Shown here one piece after another: positions 61,010-64,000 of a stretch of DNA of 64,000 nt (position 1 is its first letter; each line of letters starts with the position of its first letter). The DNA is from Podospora anserina. Taxonomy: Eukaryota. The notes beneath the pieces are model-generated. The model was not told the origin of the DNA. It was given only the letters and a program-made list of their open reading frames with translations, and did no database searches. A program made the position numbers and the translations under genes. The stretch spans positions 1,860,001-1,924,000 of the forward strand of contig CM030337.1 of the NCBI GenBank assembly GCA_017654855.1, in the 5' to 3' direction.

Positions 61010-63286
61010 ATGAAAGCCAAACCTTCAGACCCGGTGGTGACCGTCACTCCAGTGGCAATGGACTCTGAAAAAGAGGCCATCGCTGTCACCGAAACCACCA
61101 TCGACTCTGCAGATGAGAAGCCCCCGGTTACCAGCACCCCAGCGAACTCGGAAGCAGAGAAATCTCCTTCTGTTCGCGTTGTCCAACTCATCGCGAACAC
61201 ACCTCCCTCCACACCCAGACCTTTCTTTGTTGAGGGTAGGCCTACCATTCCACGCACCCGCTACCTCATTCTCGTCTTTGGGTACGTCTTTATTCATGCT
61301 CCAACGTCCTCGACTTGAAACACTAATACACACCAGTCTGACATCCGGTCTCTTCCTCTCCATGCTCGATGCCTCCATTATTGCGACCTCTCTGTTCAGC
61401 ATTGCTAGTGATATGAAGAATTTTGAGCATATAAACTGGGTGGCCTTGGCCTATGGTCTCACTTACCTCGGTTTCGCTGCACTTTTTGCCCGCGTGTCCG
61501 ATGTGGTTGGCCGTGGAGATGCTTTCGTCGTTGCATTTTGTATCTTCATTGCATTCTCTCTTGGCTGTGGTTTCAGCGAGACTATTGAGCAGCTTATCAT
61601 TTGTCGTGCTTTCCAAGGAGTGGGCGCCGGAGGTAAGTTACCTAGTCTCTATCCGGGCCAGTTTGATAGGTGAGGAGCTGACGCGAGAACAGGACTTTAC
61701 AGTATCAGCATGATCGTCTTGCCCGAGCTGACTCCGGACAAGAACAAGAAGTACATTGGTGCCATTGTCGGCATGGTGATTGCCACTTCAGGTGTGATTG
61801 GGCCTGTCCTGGGTGGGGTTTTGACTCAATACATCACTTGGAGATGGGTCTTTTGGATCAAGTATGTTGTGAAACTAGGTCCGCGATAAGATTGAGCATC
61901 CCGCTAACTTGTCTGTAGCGGCCCTATTGGTGCTGTGGCTCTCATGCTGTTTATTCCGGCTTGGCCCGCCGAGGAATATCTGCCCATTTATGAGGACCGG
62001 TCCTGGAAGGAGCTGGACTATCTTGGGTCTTTCCTTCTGTAAGTCATGCTTCCCCACACCTCTGCCGGTATTTGCTAACATTACGAACAGTATGGCCTTC
62101 GCAGTCCTGGTTGTTTTTCCCTTCCAGAACCTATCAAGTCAAAAGGCAGAGGGCGACTTGTCCAGCTTGAATCCATACGCCCAGCCAACATTCATCTACC
62201 CCCTCGTCGGCGCCGCCCTTGCTCTCTTGCTGCTCATCGGTTGGCAAACATTTGCTATCCGTGGCCCTCGGAAACTCAAGTCCCTCGCCTTTGCCTTCCC
62301 CCCTTCCCTTTGCAACCGAAAGTACATCGCCACAATTTTGGTCACAGCCCTAACCGGCTTCCCTTACCTCTTGTCCGTGTACGCATTTCCCATCCGCTTC
62401 CAAGTCGTCCACGGGAAATCATCCCTCGAAGCAGGCCTCATGCTCCTCCCTATGCTAGCCTCCTCGGCCATCGGAACTGTCACAGCCAGTCTAGTCAACA
62501 ACGGGTGCATAACAGGGCAGAAGAAACCTCGCTTTTTTGAGACGTTTCTCCTCGCCTGTCTGACTATGCTCATCGGCTGCGCCGCCCAGACAACACTGGG
62601 TGACACCGATGACGGGAGCATCACCGGGTTCGACGCCAAAGATGTCGGGTTGTTGTCCCTCATTGGCTTTGGGTTTGGCATGTCGGCCTGCGGAGCGACA
62701 ATGTTTATCAACCTCGAAAGTCCCATCGGAGATCACGGTATGTCTTCCCCTTTTATTTCCAACCCCACACAATCGCTTACAACCCCCCCTAGCATCCGCC
62801 CAAGGAATCATAGCCCAATTCCGCATCCTAGGCGGCTCAATCGGCATTGCTGTCTCTTCCGCCATCTTGGGGGGGAAACTCCGTCCTTCAACAACCCCCG
62901 AAATGAGCTCTCTCGTCCTGGCTCACATTGTCAGCCCAACGCCAGACTTTGGCGATGATGACTGGGCCGCTGTTCGCAAGGTGTATACCTCTGCGTTGAG
63001 GGAGGACATGAAAGTCTGCTGCGGGGTGTTGGCTGCGGCGGTGGTGTGCAGTCTGTTTGTTTACCGCCGGTACTGGCTCACGACGGGGGAGATTATGGAG
63101 TTGAGGTATGAGGAGGAGCTGGATAGGAGGATTGGGCTTTTGAGGGAGGATGTGGAGCCTCATGTGATGGCGGTGAGGGATAAGTTGATCAAGATTAGGG
63201 AGGAGATCTTTGAGGGGAAGCGGAGGCCTTTTCCCGGGATTAAGCGTGGGAGGACGAGGTTGGGGGAGGAGATTGAGGGAGTTTAG
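61010..63286 (+). CDS. MFS multidrug transporter (DHA2-like); introns about 61282-61336, 61633-61692, 61863-61918, 62038-62090, 62738-62792
   Basis: GLFLSMLDASIIATSL, ARVSDVVGR, LIICRAFQGVG, GPVLGG...WRWVFWIN, PIRFQVV, QFRILGGSIG. Confidence 0.9.
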
Positions 63287-64000
63287 GGAAAAGCAACGGG
63301 GTCGATGGAGGGTGAAGGGTAGCGGTGGGAGTTGGAGTGATGGTCGAAAGAGTGGGTGGATGGGTGGATGGGTGGAAGAGATGAAAAGGGTTTTTTGTGT
63401 TGAGAGGACGGTGGTTCCTGATCATCCATGAGGACATCGATCTTGATGGCATTCTTTTGGGTCTTTTCTTCTTCTTTCTTTTCTCTGGTAAATTCTTGCA
63501 AGTTGGATATTCAAGACTCTCAATCTATTTCTGTGAATAGTTACAAAGCCTGCAATGCGACCAAATCCGAGTTTTGTTTCGGGTTTGGATCGACCAGGTC
63601 TTGCGTGCCTAAATATTTGTCCAGGTTGACATGTGATCCTCTTGCAGCTCATCATCCGGAGGTCCTTGACTCTACCTGTTTGGCTGAAAAGTACCTAGCT
63701 CCTGTAATGTATACCACTAAACGTTTAATGTAGCGGTCGACATCTAGACCAGGGTATCTGTAAATTTGGGAAATAAAAGCAGAGAAAGCATCTACTGTCT
63801 AAGGTATACAAAAGGTGGACCGACCAAGCCACGGCCCAGCATGCACCATGTAACGTCACTTCCACCTCTGCCTCACGAAATATCCCGCGTCGAGATCGCC
63901 TCTATCCTTTAATTCTCTGAGTTGTTCCTCCAACTGGGAGGAACTTTGCTTCGGGTCGATGACCAGCATTCTGTGCTGAATCAAATCCAAGAAATCGTGG

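Overview
Eukaryotic, intron-containing filamentous-ascomycete DNA; gene set, intron signals and composition suggest Sordariales, probably Podospora-like (inference). Three zones. (1) 1-20.3 kb, intact housekeeping genes: ELP4 (partial), RPB8, a NUDIX/thiamine-pyrophosphokinase-related gene, OPI10/Hikeshi, YND1, MTR3, a non-coding host carrying three intronic box C/D snoRNAs, ANP1 and the Gea/GBF1 ARF-GEF. (2) About 20.5-37.4 kb, a decaying accessory island: frameshifted SGNH esterase, tandem-repeat gene relic, complete RIP-mutated Fot1/pogo transposon, alpha/beta-hydrolase relic and a frameshifted HeLo-like+ankyrin gene. It also holds the main finding: a 5S rRNA gene split after nt 68 by a 5.9-kb cargo insertion with an imperfect 7-bp direct repeat and no recombinase, a candidate derelict 5S-targeting Starship-like element. 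(3) 37.8-64 kb: Egh16/Gas1-like gene, divergent HEI10-like RING gene, ULA1, about 8 kb of non-coding DNA upstream of the cellulase regulator clr-2, and an MFS transporter. Gene identities come from recalled family motifs, not database searches; exon borders were read by eye.
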